From Curvularia clavata (lineage: Eukaryota): a stretch of 64,000 nucleotides of DNA. The position numbers and the translations under genes were made by a program. Every line of letters begins with the position of its first letter. Within the stretch, counting starts at the first letter, position 1. Positions 1 through 13,200 of this stretch are shown here, one piece after another. A model generated the notes under the pieces. That model ran no database searches. It saw nothing but the letters and a program-made list of their open reading frames with translations, and had not been told where the DNA came from. The DNA is taken from NCBI GenBank assembly GCA_023920165.1, contig CP089276.1, positions 2,790,001 to 2,854,000 of the forward strand. Direction: 5' to 3'.

Positions 1-3000
1 AGGACCTCATCTACAAACGCGGCCAAGCCGGAGTTACCAAAGCTAGTGTCACTATTGTATTCGACAACCGCGATAAGACGAAGAGCCCGGTCGGTTTCGA
101 GGAACATGCGCAGATTTCGGTCACACGGCAGATTGTTCTAGGCGGAGCGAGCAAATACCTCATCAATGGACACCGCGCGCAGCAGCAGAGCATACAAAAT
201 TTGTTCCAGTCCGTTCAACTCAACATCAATAACCCCAACTTCATGATTGCGCAAGGAAAGGTTATGCAAGTGTTGAACATGAAGGCGAAGGAAATCCTGG
301 CTATGCTTGAGGAGGCCGCAGGAACGCGCATGTTTGAGGACAGGCGAGACAAGGCTTACAAGACAATGGCAAAGAAGGAAATGAAGGTTCAAGAAATTGC
401 CGAACTGCTACGAGATGAGATCGACCCGAAGCTCGAAAAGCTACGGACGGAAAAGCGGGCGTTTTTGGAGTTTCAACAGACGCAGAGTGAGCTCGAGCGC
501 CTGACAAAATTGGTTGTAGCATACGACTACCTACGATACAACGAGCGACTACAACAGTCAGCGGAGGATCTCGAGGCGAAGAAACAAAGGGCGAAAGACC
601 TCGAAGAGTCAACCGTGCGTATGAAGAAAGAGATTGAACATCTTCAAGAAGACATCAAACAAACCAAGGCAACACGGGAAAAGGAACTCCGCAAGGGTGG
701 GAAATTCCAAGCCCTCGAGGAAGAAGTCAAAGCACATTCCCACGAGATCGTCCGTTTGACTACGAACCTGGAACTCAAGAAAACCAGCATGGCCGAAGAG
801 GTCGAACGTGAGAAGACCGTCAAGACAAGTGTGAAGGAGCTTGAGAAACTACTACAAGAGAAGAAGCAAGCTTATGAAAAAGCACAAGAAAAGTACCAGG
901 CCGCTCACGCTGAGTTAGCGAAGCAGACTGAGGAGGCTGAGAAGAAAGAGGAGCTGCTCCAGACTCTGCAAACTGGTGTCGCGTCGAAGGAGGGTCAAGA
1001 AGGCGGTTATCAAGGCCAGCTACAGGACGCTAGGAACAGGGCAAGCGCCGCAGCTACAGAACAGGAGCAAAGCAAACTAAGAATATCGCACCTCGAAAAA
1101 CAAATCAAAGAAGATGAGCCAAAAGCCAAGAAGGCAAAGGAGCAGAATTCAGGTTTACTCAAAGATTTGGAAGCCTTGAAATCACAAGCTTCGAGGCTTG
1201 AGGCAGATCTGGCAAAGCTAGGCTACGACGAGGCTCACGAGGCAAGCATGTATCAGCAAGAATCACACCTTCACGCACGTATCCGAGAACTCAGACAGCA
1301 GGCGGACGCGATGAGGCGACAAGTTGCCAATATTGATTTTAGCTACAGCGATCCCTCTCCAAACTTTGATAGGTCTCGCGTCAAGGGTCTTGTTGCTCAG
1401 CTCTTCACTTTGGAGAAGGAACACACCCGAGCAGGTACTGCGCTGGAAATCTGTGCAGGCGGCCGATTATACAACGTAGTAGTTGACTCAGCCGCCACTG
1501 GTAAACAGCTTCTCGAGAACGGCAGACTAAAAAAGCGTGTTACCATCATTCCTCTTAATAAGATTGCCGCCTTCAGAGCATCAGCAGAGAAGATTGGTGC
1601 AGCCCAGAAAATCGCGCCGGGCAAAGTTGACCTGGCCTTGTCCTTGATCGGATACGATGACGAGGTTAACGCTGCGATGGAATACGTGTTCGGCTCTACT
1701 CTCGTTTGCGAGGATGCAGAAACTGCTAAGCGTGTAACCTTCGACCCTTCAGTACGCATGAAGAGTGTGACTCTCCAGGGTGATACTTATGATCCCGCTG
1801 GTGTATTGTCAGGTGGCAGTGCACCTCAATCTAGCGGAGTTCTCATCACCCTGCAGAAGCTCAACGAGATCATAACGGAGCTAAAGTCACAGGAAGCCCA
1901 GCTTCAGTCTTTGCAAGCCACTATGGCAAAGGAGAAGAAAAAGTTGGATGCAGCACGCAAGTCGAAGCAGGAACTTGACCTGAAGAGACACGAGATTAAG
2001 CTCACAGAGGACCAGATCGGTAGCAATGCTTCATCATCGGTACATGATGTCTTTCGCCTTATGCACAATCGGTTTGCTAACCACCTAATAGATCATACAA
2101 GCTGTGGAAGAAATGAAGCAGACTATTGCTCAACTCAAAGAAGATATCAAGGCGGCCAAGGCCCGACAGGACGAAGCCAACAAGGATGCAAAACGGATTG
2201 AGCGTGATATGAGTGAGTTTAGCAACAACAAGGACAGTAAGCTTGCGGAACTCCAATCCTCATTGGAAAAGCTCAAAAAGGCTTTGGCAAAGAACAACGC
2301 ATCGATCAAGCCTCTCCAGACGCAGATGCGCGAAGCCATGGTCGATTCCGAGCAGTGTGGAAGTGACCTTGCGGCCGCCCAGGAGCAGCTCGAAGAAGTG
2401 CAGACCAACCTGAAGTCACAACAACAAGAACTTGACGAGTTACTGACTGATCAATCTCGTGTGAAGGTAATAATACTCTTGACTTCTTGTTGTCAAAGGT
2501 ACTAACTCTGCCAGGATGCGCACGACCTAGCCGCAGCTCAACTAAGTGACGAGCAAGCGAAACTGACTGGCTTTGACGAGGAGCTCCGCTCCCTTGAAGA
2601 TGCGATCCGTTCAAAGAACTCATCAATAACGGAAGGTGGTCTTGAGCAGCAGAAGCTGGGTCACGAGATTGAAAAATTTCACAAGGAACAAGAAGGCGCA
2701 GCAAGTCATATCAAGGCGCTTGAGAAAGAGTATGAGTTTATTGCCAACGACTCAGAACTCTTTGGTCGGCCTGGTACAGTATATGACTTCAAGGGGGTCA
2801 ACATGGCGGACGCGAAGGCGAGGCGCAAGTCCCTGGAGGAGCATTTCCAGCAGAAGAAGAACAAGATCAACCCCAAAGTCATGGCCATGATCGACAGCGT
2901 GGAGAAGAAGGAAGCCAGTCTCAAGAAGAACATGTCGACAGTTATTCGAGACAAGATGAAGATTGAAGAGACCATCATCAAGCTGGACGAGTATAAGAAA

Positions 3001-3505
3001 GAAGCGCTACATAAGACATGGTCAATCGTCAACCGTGACTTTGGGCAGATCTTCAACGAACTCCTCCCGGGTAGCTTCGCGAAGCTTGATCCCCCGGAAG
3101 GCAAGACAATCTCTGACGGACTGGAGGTCAAGGTAATGCTTGGAAAGGTGTGGAAACAGTCACTGACAGAGTTGAGTGGTGGTCAAAGGTATAAGCTGAT
3201 TCATTACACTCTCCCGCTCCCGACCTACGCTAACACTGTCTAGATCCCTCATCGCGCTGTCTCTCATCATGGCTCTTCTTCAATTTAAGCCTGCACCAAT
3301 GTATATCCTGGACGAAGTAGACGCAGCGCTCGATCTGTCACATACACAGAACATCGGTCGCCTGTTCAAGACAAGGTTCAAGGGTTCGCAGTTCATCGTT
3401 GTCAGTTTGAAGGACGGCATGTTCCAGAATGCGAATCGTATTTTCCGAACACGCTTTGTTGATGGCACCAGTGTGGTGCAGGCGACATCGGGGTCGTCAG
3501 GATAA
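1..3505 (+). CDS. SMC2: Condensin ATPase subunit SMC2, 5'-partial
   Basis: Frame is open from position 3 ([22 protein letters not shown]). It has long coiled coils, a hinge ([16 protein letters not shown]), the signature LSGGQR and Walker B/D-loop [11 protein letters not shown]. Introns 2040-2091, 2467-2514 and 3189-3243 join the ORF-track pieces in frame; TAA ends at 3505. Confidence 0.97.
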
Positions 3506-3952
3506 GGCTGTAGGATCATGTGTTATGAGGCATGGCTTGGTACGATACCCGGTGTATACGGTCTGAATTACTTGTTTGGATAGCTTTTTGTATTCGCATG
3601 CATGGGGCCGGTGTTGGTGGAGTCTAATGTGGCACTAGTATCCCTATTGGGAAGTTGGGTATGCACATCGGCGACGTGAATGGTTGCTTCCTTGTCGAGA
3701 TCTCTTGTCGTATGTCTCTCCTTCCCGATATGGGAAACCAAGATGCGCGCTTGCTGGACATCCATGGCCATAACAGGACTTTGTACCCTTCTATCGCCCG
3801 CCATCTCTTTTGATTGCACATACTTTCGCGATATACCTATATTGATAACCCCGGAAGCAGCAGACTGTTATTCACTTATCTCAATGCACGGCTGACCCGG
3901 TGCCGACGCACCTCATCTTTTCTCTCCTCAGGTAGCCATTACCAGCCTGCCG

Positions 3953-6292
3953 ATGTTATCGGCGCCCACTCCTAGGCCCTACGCAACCGATATTACTGCG
4001 GCACGCTCAAGTTCTACTTTAGACATCCCCAATCAGAATGCTTCACCTGCCCGCGACACTGCAGATTCATCACTACCCAGCCTACCCAAGGCTCCCACCA
4101 GACACTATACCACACTGCAAGAGCATGCCGACCAAATACTCGGAACCGACGCATTGGGACAGGCCGGGGGCGCTACTCCAAGACATACCAACAGGCGTGA
4201 AGGCTTCAGCTGGGGCCAGCAACCAGACGTTGGAAAGCGCAGGCATAACCAATACGCCATGGCAGCAGAGGTCCAACGACCAAGTTCGCCTCCGCCTCTC
4301 GAAGAGATTCTAAAACGAACTTGCATTGATGACGCTGACGACATCCAAAACCAAAGAATTCGCCATGTTGACAGTATAGAGTCGCAGTCGCCCATAGGCC
4401 TGCACTTGTTCGAGTCTCTTTCGACTAACGAGAGCGATTACAACCCTCAAACCCACCGTAGGTCCTCCCTTCTTGCTTTCGCAAAGGGTATTGCAAGACA
4501 TGTCCCAGACCTCAGGATACTTCATGCTTCGGACAATAAGCAAGATCGACCAAGGAGAGATTCAAAAGAAGATTGCGTTCCGAGGTTACAGAAGAAAGAC
4601 AGCAGCCTGTCTGTTGAGTCCCCGCCCTTCTTAGACTCGAGAAAGAGCCAAGAACAGCTTTCAAAACCGACTGTCGTAGTCGATGAGGTACCAAAAGGGG
4701 ACGAAAAATCCATCAAGCCACCGAAATGCCCATCACCTGCACCAAGCAGTGGACTTCGAGCCCGGCGCAAAGTACAACTTGACTTATCAATGCCAAATAA
4801 CATGCCGGATCTACCTGCTCGCGGCCGTCACCCAGTCGAAATGGGGGGCAATCTTGCAGAGCCTCGCTCACGAAGTCCGAAAACACCCTGGATGCATAAT
4901 GAGCAACCAGGTTATGAATCGGGATGGATAGGCAAGTCATCGCCTATAAAAGAGGAAGGATACATCAACGATGACATTGGAGGACTGCATAATGGTAGCC
5001 ATAGTGGTGGTGGTCTTCTTCCCGGTAACGACATACTGTACTCCTCGCAGTCGCCAAACTTTGTGCGGTTGCAGGCCACGGTAGGAGACAGCAGCCATGT
5101 CACTCCTTCTATCCCAAAGAGATCAAAGAGTGGGCACAGCAATCGCAGTGCTGCAAGCGCAAGCAACTTGGGTGTAGTTCAGATACCAGGCAGGGACTTG
5201 ACACCAGCTGAAGAAAGTATGAAAGCGCAAACCAAAGCAGATCTACAACAGCTGGCCCAAGACGCAAAGAAATCCAGATCGCGATGGCGGCGATGGAGAT
5301 TCACAACTTCCAGTGATGATGCAGCTCGATCCTCGGGATCAGAACCTGGGAGATATCGCTCATCTATCAATCCATTCAAACGGTCGAATAGACTTTCCGA
5401 TCAAGCTGTCCTAGAGACATCTACGAAGACTGTCGATCCAGCTCATCTTACAAATCACAGCAAACAGGACTGGTATCCTTCACTGTCCCTGGTACATATC
5501 CCAGCCCCACCTGAATTTATTCCACCCGGTCTGAGCCGCATTCCAACGCCACCTATATACGATACCAATGGCGAAGTCAAAGGTAAACTGGCAGACTTCT
5601 TCTTTGATCTGCAAAGCAGTGATATAATGGGTCATCGAAAAAGACCACAACCCAGTCCTGAAGGCCATTGGGATTCGGATGCACTATTAATGAGCCAGTC
5701 GACCGACCTCACCAATTTTGGAGATGAGGAAGAGGAAGAGGGCCCGGAAGGCCCTATACGCAACACTATCCAGCCCCGACAAACATTTGACAAATTAGGT
5801 AGCTCCAAACCCTTTGCACGGAGAAGCCAGGGCTTCCAGGGCATAAGACCACCGCTCGGCCCCTCCCTCTCCACCGATTCACCCATGCTCGGCCATGATG
5901 GCTGGTACCGAGTGAACCACGAGCATGGAGCCAATCTGCGTGACGCACGCACTATCGCGGAGCTTGCGCGCCAGGAAGAAGAGGAACGCCGCAAGTTTGA
6001 GTGGCTTGTTCCTGAGCATCTCCCAAATAGCCTATTATGCCCTTTGCATGAAAAGTATAAGGGTCCTAGTGAGGGGCTGTGCTTCTGGCATGGACGCAGG
6101 AGTGGGTCAGAGGTTAGAAGCGGTGAGTACACCAGACCAGAGATTTGGAGTGGTAATGGACGGGGAGGAGATTACATGGGTGTTGGGAGTAGCGAGGATT
6201 CAGAAGCAGTTGTGGGTAGGTCGCCTAGGGTCGTGACACCGGTACCACGGGAGGTGAAGAAGAGGAGGCTGGTGAGTCTTTCGAGTCCATGA
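3953..6292 (+). CDS. Uncharacterised Ser/Pro/Arg-rich protein (779 aa) with C-terminal CxxH...CxxH motif
   Basis: Uninterrupted 779-codon ORF. A possible extra 5' exon 3680-3709 would join in frame via intron 3710-3931 (GTATGT...GCTGAC...CAG). Confidence 0.85.
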   Translation: MLSAPTPRPYATDITAARSSSTLDIPNQNASPARDTADSSLPSLPKAPTRHYTTLQEHADQILGTDALGQAGGATPRHTNRREGFSWGQQPDVGKRRHNQYAMAAEVQRPSSPPPLEEILKRTCIDDADDIQNQRIRHVDSIESQSPIGLHLFESLSTNESDYNPQTHRRSSLLAFAKGIARHVPDLRILHASDNKQDRPRRDSKEDCVPRLQKKDSSLSVESPPFLDSRKSQEQLSKPTVVVDEVPKGDEKSIKPPKCPSPAPSSGLRARRKVQLDLSMPNNMPDLPARGRHPVEMGGNLAEPRSRSPKTPWMHNEQPGYESGWIGKSSPIKEEGYINDDIGGLHNGSHSGGGLLPGNDILYSSQSPNFVRLQATVGDSSHVTPSIPKRSKSGHSNRSAASASNLGVVQIPGRDLTPAEESMKAQTKADLQQLAQDAKKSRSRWRRWRFTTSSDDAARSSGSEPGRYRSSINPFKRSNRLSDQAVLETSTKTVDPAHLTNHSKQDWYPSLSLVHIPAPPEFIPPGLSRIPTPPIYDTNGEVKGKLADFFFDLQSSDIMGHRKRPQPSPEGHWDSDALLMSQSTDLTNFGDEEEEEGPEGPIRNTIQPRQTFDKLGSSKPFARRSQGFQGIRPPLGPSLSTDSPMLGHDGWYRVNHEHGANLRDARTIAELARQEEEERRKFEWLVPEHLPNSLLCPLHEKYKGPSEGLCFWHGRRSGSEVRSGEYTRPEIWSGNGRGGDYMGVGSSEDSEAVVGRSPRVVTPVPREVKKRRLVSLSSP

Positions 6293-6436
6293 TGTATATA
6301 TTACACTGAGATTGCTGTGAAACCATAGAATATCAGTTTACTCATTGATGTAATAGTCTACACTCTTACTCCGTCTATGTACCTCACACCATGATCGTAT
6401 TCGTAACTTCGTGCTGGGTGCCATAACCAAATTTCT

Positions 6437-7291
6437 TTAGTCCACAGGCTCAGTGTCCGCCCTCCATGTCGGCGTCTTGCCTGCATCCTTCCACATTTGT
6501 TTCCTCTCACGAAATATTTGTTTTGCCCAGATCATGACCTCATCACTCTGGATGCGTCCTGCGACCCACGTGAACTCGCCCAGGTCCTTCTCACAGTGAT
6601 ATTTCCGCTCGTATTCCACCATCTGGACCAATAGCTCAATCTTGTCAATGTCGTGGACGAAGTGCGACTCAGGCGTCTTGCTGTCTTCATATTCTTGCCA
6701 GATTGCGCGGACGTCCTGGCCGTTGAGACCTCCGTTGAACTGACCCAACAGGTTCGTGCAGATATAATCCATGGTCTCAGTCTCTCTGCGACTCTTCTCC
6801 TCCTTGCTCACATCGTCTACAGGAGTGATGTCGCCGACCAGCGACTCAGCCATGTCGTGGATGACCGCCATGCGACAGCACTTTAGGATATCAAGTTTCG
6901 AGCTCAGAGACGAGGGCGCCATCATGGTGAGAATACTCATGCGGTACATGTGGTCGGCAATAGATTCGCAGTCAGAGATGCCGAAACGACGCCATCCAGC
7001 ACGCTTTGTCGTCTTGAGACGCTCAAGCAGGTGGAAAAAGGGAACGGGTGAGTCGGTGTGTTCCGCATGGCGGGGTTTTATGTCTGCGAGGACTGCAAGA
7101 ACATGTCAGTAAGACGGTTGCAAAAAGAACACTAACTGAAAGAAAGAGGTTTCGCATACGGACGAGCCATTGCTTGTTCATGACATACCGCTCTCGACTG
7201 TCCATTTTGTGTTTTGCGCATCCTTTGCTGCGAGTTTGCCGGCGGTGGGTTCGGGAACACCGTTGGTCTGGGTTGCTTCGTCGACTGCCAT
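6437..7291 (-). CDS. HD-domain 5'-deoxynucleotidase (HDDC2/YGK1-like)
   Basis: ATG at 7291, intron 7188-7093. Spliced protein contains LKTTKRAGWRRFGI..ESIADHMYRM, IHDMAESLVGDITP and VHDIDKIELL, typical of the HDDC2 family. Confidence 0.93.
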
Positions 7292-7578
7292 AGTGCTTCT
7301 GTGCCGATTGAGAACTTGGAGCGGCTGTCGATTTATAAATGCTTAGTTGTATGCGTAATTGAGGCGTGGGGACTGTTTGGCCAGTGACAGGAAAGCGGAA
7401 GACGGTGACAAAGGGCAAACTAGGATCGGGAGCCGCGAACGCGCCTATCGATAGGGTCCGGCTTGGCAAACAGTGCAGGGGTCCGTCACACCGCAACACC
7501 ACGCATGCACCACCTCCTCCAACTCATAGACACTCTTCCAGGACCCGTTGCGCGCATGTCTTTTCTGCAGTCGCGAAA

Positions 7579-10062
7579 ATGTCTCGCACTACCTCGGCTT
7601 CCTCGACGACCACTACGACCACTACTGCCAGTGGTCATACTCGCACCATGTCGGTCACAACAAACAATGCGAAGCCGCAGCAATTGAACCCCATCCCTGC
7701 GTCTGATATCAGGCTTTTTGTGACCAACCTGCGATTGCTAGACTTTGATTTACGACAAGACTGGCCTGATATCACTGTGCAAACCTTTTCCGGAAAGAAC
7801 GCAGACCAGCGACAGAGGATAGCTGGAACGGAGTGGGCCTTGTTCCGGTTGTTTGAGATTTGGGATGCCAATGAGACTGCGCAGGTATACTTGAGTGAGC
7901 GATAGCTGTGCGGTATACCTTTAACACAACTACAGAAGCTTCAGCCTTTCTTTCCGCCGCTTGAGCCACTCCAATCTTTAAATCTCCGCGCTGCGTTGTA
8001 CCGATGCTTAAACGAGTTGAAGAAAAATGGCATTCTAGGAAGAGAGACTGTTCTAAGAAAAACAATGCTGGATGAGTGCAAGGGTGAGAAGTTTTACGAA
8101 ATCATGGCCGTATTCTCAAATGCTGTTCTCAAAAAGGTCCTTGCAGCACGGGATGGAGCAAGCGAGAATCAAGCAGTCGCAAGAAGGCTGGCGACAGCGC
8201 CGATGCTTCCCGTCGACCGGCAACAGTCCCTGCTTCCGTTGGCTATTGCACACAAGGCAGCACTGGTCAATGTGCTGAAGGAGAAGGAAGAGAAACGAAG
8301 AAAGTACATGAACTTTGAAGCGCTGTTGGACAAAAAGGCTGAAGACATCAATCGTCGTATTCGCAAGTGCAAAGACACTCCCCGAGCGCAAAAACCTGCT
8401 GTATCGCAGAAGGAGGCAGACAATGTGAAGAGACAGTTGAAAGACAACTGGATAGGCAATCAAAAATGGCTAAATGTCATGCTACATGGCGATGATGTTC
8501 AGGCCGAAGACGCTTTCCTGAGCAGCCGGTTTGATAAGGTTTGGCACATGATAGAGAAAGGACGGAAGCTCGAAGATGTTGCGCCAGAGACTGGGCTATT
8601 GGAGAATCTTCAGATGAGGGTGCAGGAGCAACAAGCGCGGTTGCAGAAGTGGAAAGCTTTCCATGACGAACTGCAGAACGATGCCTCTGGAAAAGACCAC
8701 ACATCGAGTTCAATAGGCATCGCTCCTATCAAGGAACTCAAATTCAACGCTCACTCGCAATACCAGCTACCATCTTCGAAACAAAAGGTGGAATATGCGA
8801 CAATCAAGCGGCCTACAATGCGAGCAGAGTATCATGACATTTTATCTGACATGGACATTGAGTTGTCACACGCCGGAAAGGCTCGAGCAAATCCTATATC
8901 AACCATTCTGCCGAAACGGCGTACCTCGCCAGCAAAAGAAATGCAATCGCCGATTCCAAGGAGAAAACAGACCCTATCCGAATCGGTCCCAGCATCTCCG
9001 ACCAGCCCAGTAGTTCCTCCTAAACCCAAGCACCTGTCAAGACCAAATTCTCTGCATAAAGTACCTACCCTGGCTCGACCGTCACAACACATTCAAGTAG
9101 CGTCAACACCAATCGATTCAGATGCGACATTGGTTGGCCACGCTTCTGCACTTCGCAGCTCACCTCCGCTATCTCGTCAAGCGGATTCACCAGCAGAGAC
9201 TCATCATGAGAATAGGCCCGTGGCCAACTCTATGCCGCCCACGCCACTTCGTGAAAATGAGACACCGCACGTTGAGAGTCCTGAAACGACTGTAACTTTC
9301 ACAATACAACAGGCATCTCCTTCACCAAAAGCATCAAAAGAACATATCTCGGAGCCTCCAATCCCAACTTTCGAACCACCGGTACTCAACCCCGAAGAAG
9401 CCATGGCCGATCAAATCATCGACTCAATCGGCAACGCGACCCCCTCTCCTGTCAAGAAACCCCAACCACGCATGTCCTTGTCCTTGCTCGAACGAACACG
9501 CCTAACCATGTCCCGCACCAATTCCTTTGAGCCAGTCCTCGAATCTCCGGCCTTACCCAGCATGGCACCGCCCCCACTGCCATCTGAAGATGTCAATCGC
9601 CAGGCCGACCTCCTCGAGCGCACACGCCTCAGTATGGCAGCCACACAGTCTCTCTCCCGCCGCCCCATATCCTACCAGCAGAAGGAGATGCGCAAAAGCA
9701 GCGGCGGCAGACAAAGTCTCTACCCCGTAAACCAATTTGATACACCACCACGCAACCGCAAGTCGATTGAAGAAACCTTGGAAGAAGACGACGACGACGA
9801 GAATAATAGGAGTAGGAGTCTTGAGCGCACTCCGACAGAGCAGCTATTCAGCGATGAAATAGAATACGATCGCGTCTTCAAGTCTCGACCGAGGATCGCA
9901 ACGAGTCCGGTTTGGAGTCCTGGGGGCGATGATGATCCAGATGGCGTGACGGGGATTGATTTGCGGGATGTGGATCGCGAGGACGATGAGATGGGAGAAG
10001 ATGGAGGATATGGGGCGAGTTGGATGGATAGTCCGAGTCACAAGCGGAGGGTGAGGTGTTGA
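7579..10062 (+). CDS. HAUS augmin-like complex subunit 6 (HAUS6 N-terminal domain, disordered C-terminus)
   Basis: ATG 7579, intron 7885-7935. N-terminal region LFVTNLRLLDFD...KLQPFFPPLEPLQSLNLRAALYRCLNELKK...LDECKGEKF resembles fungal HAUS6_N proteins, followed by coiled coil and a Pro/Ser-rich tail. Confidence 0.85.
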
Positions 10063-10290
10063 GTATTCAATGTTGTATGAACAAGTATGGCATTTCAAGC
10101 GCAACAGAGAAAACAGAAGAAAGAAATGGAATAAAGTGAAATGAAATCAAATGCATAGACAGGTATGATGTGAAGGTCCACATGAGGAGAGAAGTAGAAG
10201 AAGAGAACAACGCCATGCGAATGCTATTTCCCGACACTCAGACAAACGAAAACGCTTTGAGTAAAAAATTGAGTCCAGTGCACACATCAC

Positions 10291-13200
10291 TCACAGCTCC
10301 TGCACCTCCCTCTCCACACTTCCCTTCCTCTCCTCGTCACCCCTGCGCCCCTTTTCTAGTCGAAACCCCACCTCTGTTCTCGCATCATCCGTTAATCTAC
10401 CCCACTCAAGTAAAAGGCGAAACATGTAAATCTCCATATCCTCCTTCCTCAGCACCTTTTCCGTCCATACTTTGCCGTCACGCGCAATCTTCTCTGCTGC
10501 CTTGATTTGGCCCTCCATCATGCGCTTGTTCCGCTCCTCCACGCCATAGCCGCCAAAGTATGCGAGGCTAGAAAAAAGGTCGTGCAGGCGGATGTCGACA
10601 GGAACAAAATGTTTCCAGGCTATGAGGCGGCCTTCGTACCATTCACGAAAGAGGGCAGCTTTGAAGACAACAGAGTTCGACTGTAGAAAAGGGATGAAGC
10701 GGCTGGAGAAGCCGGCGCCGTCTGTATCGAAGAGATAGCGGTAGCGCCAGTGTTGCTTCAAGTCGATGGGATCGCCAAATCCAAATTCGGTTGTTTGATC
10801 AATGCAGTCCTGGCCTGTGCAACGAGCGATTGGACCAATGAGACGGACATCAGTCTTAGTTTCGAGAAGTCTCTTGATATCAGCCGTGCGCTTGAGCATG
10901 TATTCGAAGTGACCGCTGTGGTCTGTTTTAGGCAAGAGAATGGGCTGGCGTGAGGTTTCGTTGTTCATGAGATGTACAAGTCGTTGCCGAAGCATGCCTT
11001 TCCAAGTTCCGTACGAGGCTGCACCTTCTGTAGTTGTACCACGCCAGAAAAGCACATCCAGCTTATCCACAAAGCGAGGGTCAGGCGATTTCTCGTCGAA
11101 GCCGTACTTGTTCTTGTCCGCGTAGCTTGAGGGCGAAGGGTACCGAATATCAACAAACCCCGGAGCGCGGCTCTGGCTGAAGATTGGAACGATATCGTGG
11201 GTGCCCATTAGGTTTGACGGGCTAAGGTACATGCCGTGGAGATTTGCGATATCAGGCTGATGGCAAGGATCCGCGGACAGGGTCCAATTAGCTATGAAGG
11301 CACCGACGGAATGACTCTGCGTGCAGGTGTGACAAAATGTTCTTGTATTCCAATGACGCTCTTTGCGCGCTCGCGAGTCGGGAGGACAGGCGACCGAGCC
11401 ATATGTCTCAAATACAGGCTTGGTTCGGGCGTCCTCGAAGAACTTTAGATCAGTCCTGATACGCTCGATGTGTGCCCACTTCTCAGCACGGTCTGAGCTG
11501 AAGCCTCGAGCTGATCGAGTCGGTTCGGACACGGGATAAGGTTGCGGATTATCCAGCGCGTCCCGTAGACGCTCGTAAGGAACCGCCACACGACTTTCAT
11601 CCTGCAGGTTGATGGCCAGGTCCATATCCGGAAGAAATTCGGCAAACTTTTGGATCATTGCAACGACGCCACCCATTGTCTCCTGATGCACTTCTTCGAC
11701 ATGATCCAACACTTCTGCCCTCCCGTTCCTTATGCGAATACCACCGACAGCCTCGTGGGTGGCCAAGACTGTTGCCGTACGCAAGCGCAAGTCGTCAGGA
11801 TTGAAGGAAGAGAAAGGTGCCAAGTCCTGCTCGATATTGTCGTAGTCATCGATTACTATACAGTTACGGCTCATGGCAAAATTGTACCATTTGTCGAAAT
11901 TGGGTGGTGGGTCACGGTTGTAGCGCTGGCGATAGTGTACCACAGCTTCGGCCAGTGAGTTGCTCCGGTGTGCCTGGGCAGCCCACTTGTCGTGTTGCAC
12001 TGCAGCAATATCGATGAGGGTAGTGATTGGGTGTTCGAGCACTGGTCCTTGTCGACGGTACACAACAACGCCGATGGAAAAGGCGATGAGGAGAACGATG
12101 AATGTGGCTGACTGGTTTCTGCCTAGGCGGAATGGGACCTTGGAGCGAATGCGGGTTTCGATGTTTGTATCTGTTAACAAATGAATGATGAGTGCAATGG
12201 TAAGCAATGTCAAACACAAGACCAGTCCGACCGTGGACTTTGGTGGAAACGCGTGGGACACGCCGGTCCCCAGTGCACGAAGAACGCCAATATATGCAGA
12301 AGAAAATGCAACAGTGAGCACCGAGCTCATAACGCCATACAATCGAGCCTGTATATATGATGAGCAGCAGTCCTGGAGACGCGATGGGAAGGAACATACA
12401 GATTTTATAAAACATAACGTCGTAAAGGGTATCATCAATGATAAACGCAAAAGCCCAAGGAGATACTCGGAAGAAAACGAAAGCATCCACTCGCGGTGTT
12501 CTGGCATTGCCGGGTAGATTACAATGCCGGCGACAACAAGAACCAAGGATGATGCCTGGTAGGGGTTAGCATTCAAGGCCAGGGTAATCTTGGGCAGAGC
12601 TGTAGCTTACAATAAAACTCAATCCAACCAAGACGTGGTTGGAGGTGCCGTCTTGAAGAAGGATGGACCAGTCGTCGGGCTCGGAGATGTCATCGTCGAC
12701 TAGGCGGTAGAGGGCCTGAACGATCAGACAGTCTAGTGAAAAGGCAAAGAACTGTAGCAAAGGAATGGTGGTTGCAGCCGAGTTTGCAATGGGGCAGATG
12801 TAGGAGGAGCGCAAAGCAGAAGACTTGATGCTGACGAGAAAGCTGCTAATGGCGAGCAGAAGGGAAGGAATGATGTAGCGCGTGGAGCCGTTGAAGACAA
12901 AGCCAAAGACGCGATCGAGTGGTGAGCGCGTGCGGGTGTCAGCACTCCAGGCGGGGTACTGTCGCTGGCTGGGATGGCGGATGCTGTGGTAGAGAGCGAC
13001 GACGAGCGGGAGGAAGGCCTAGGCTAGTTAGCCGGTTTATTCTGGGAGGGAGAGAGGAGTGGAACTATGCGCACCAAGGCCGGTGGTCCAGTGCACTCGA
13101 CATGCCTGGTGACGTTGTAGAAGATGGCGATGCGACCGCACAGGGCGAAGAGCAGCACAGCCAACAAGGCGCCGACGGCCCTCAGACTCCATGCTCTGCG

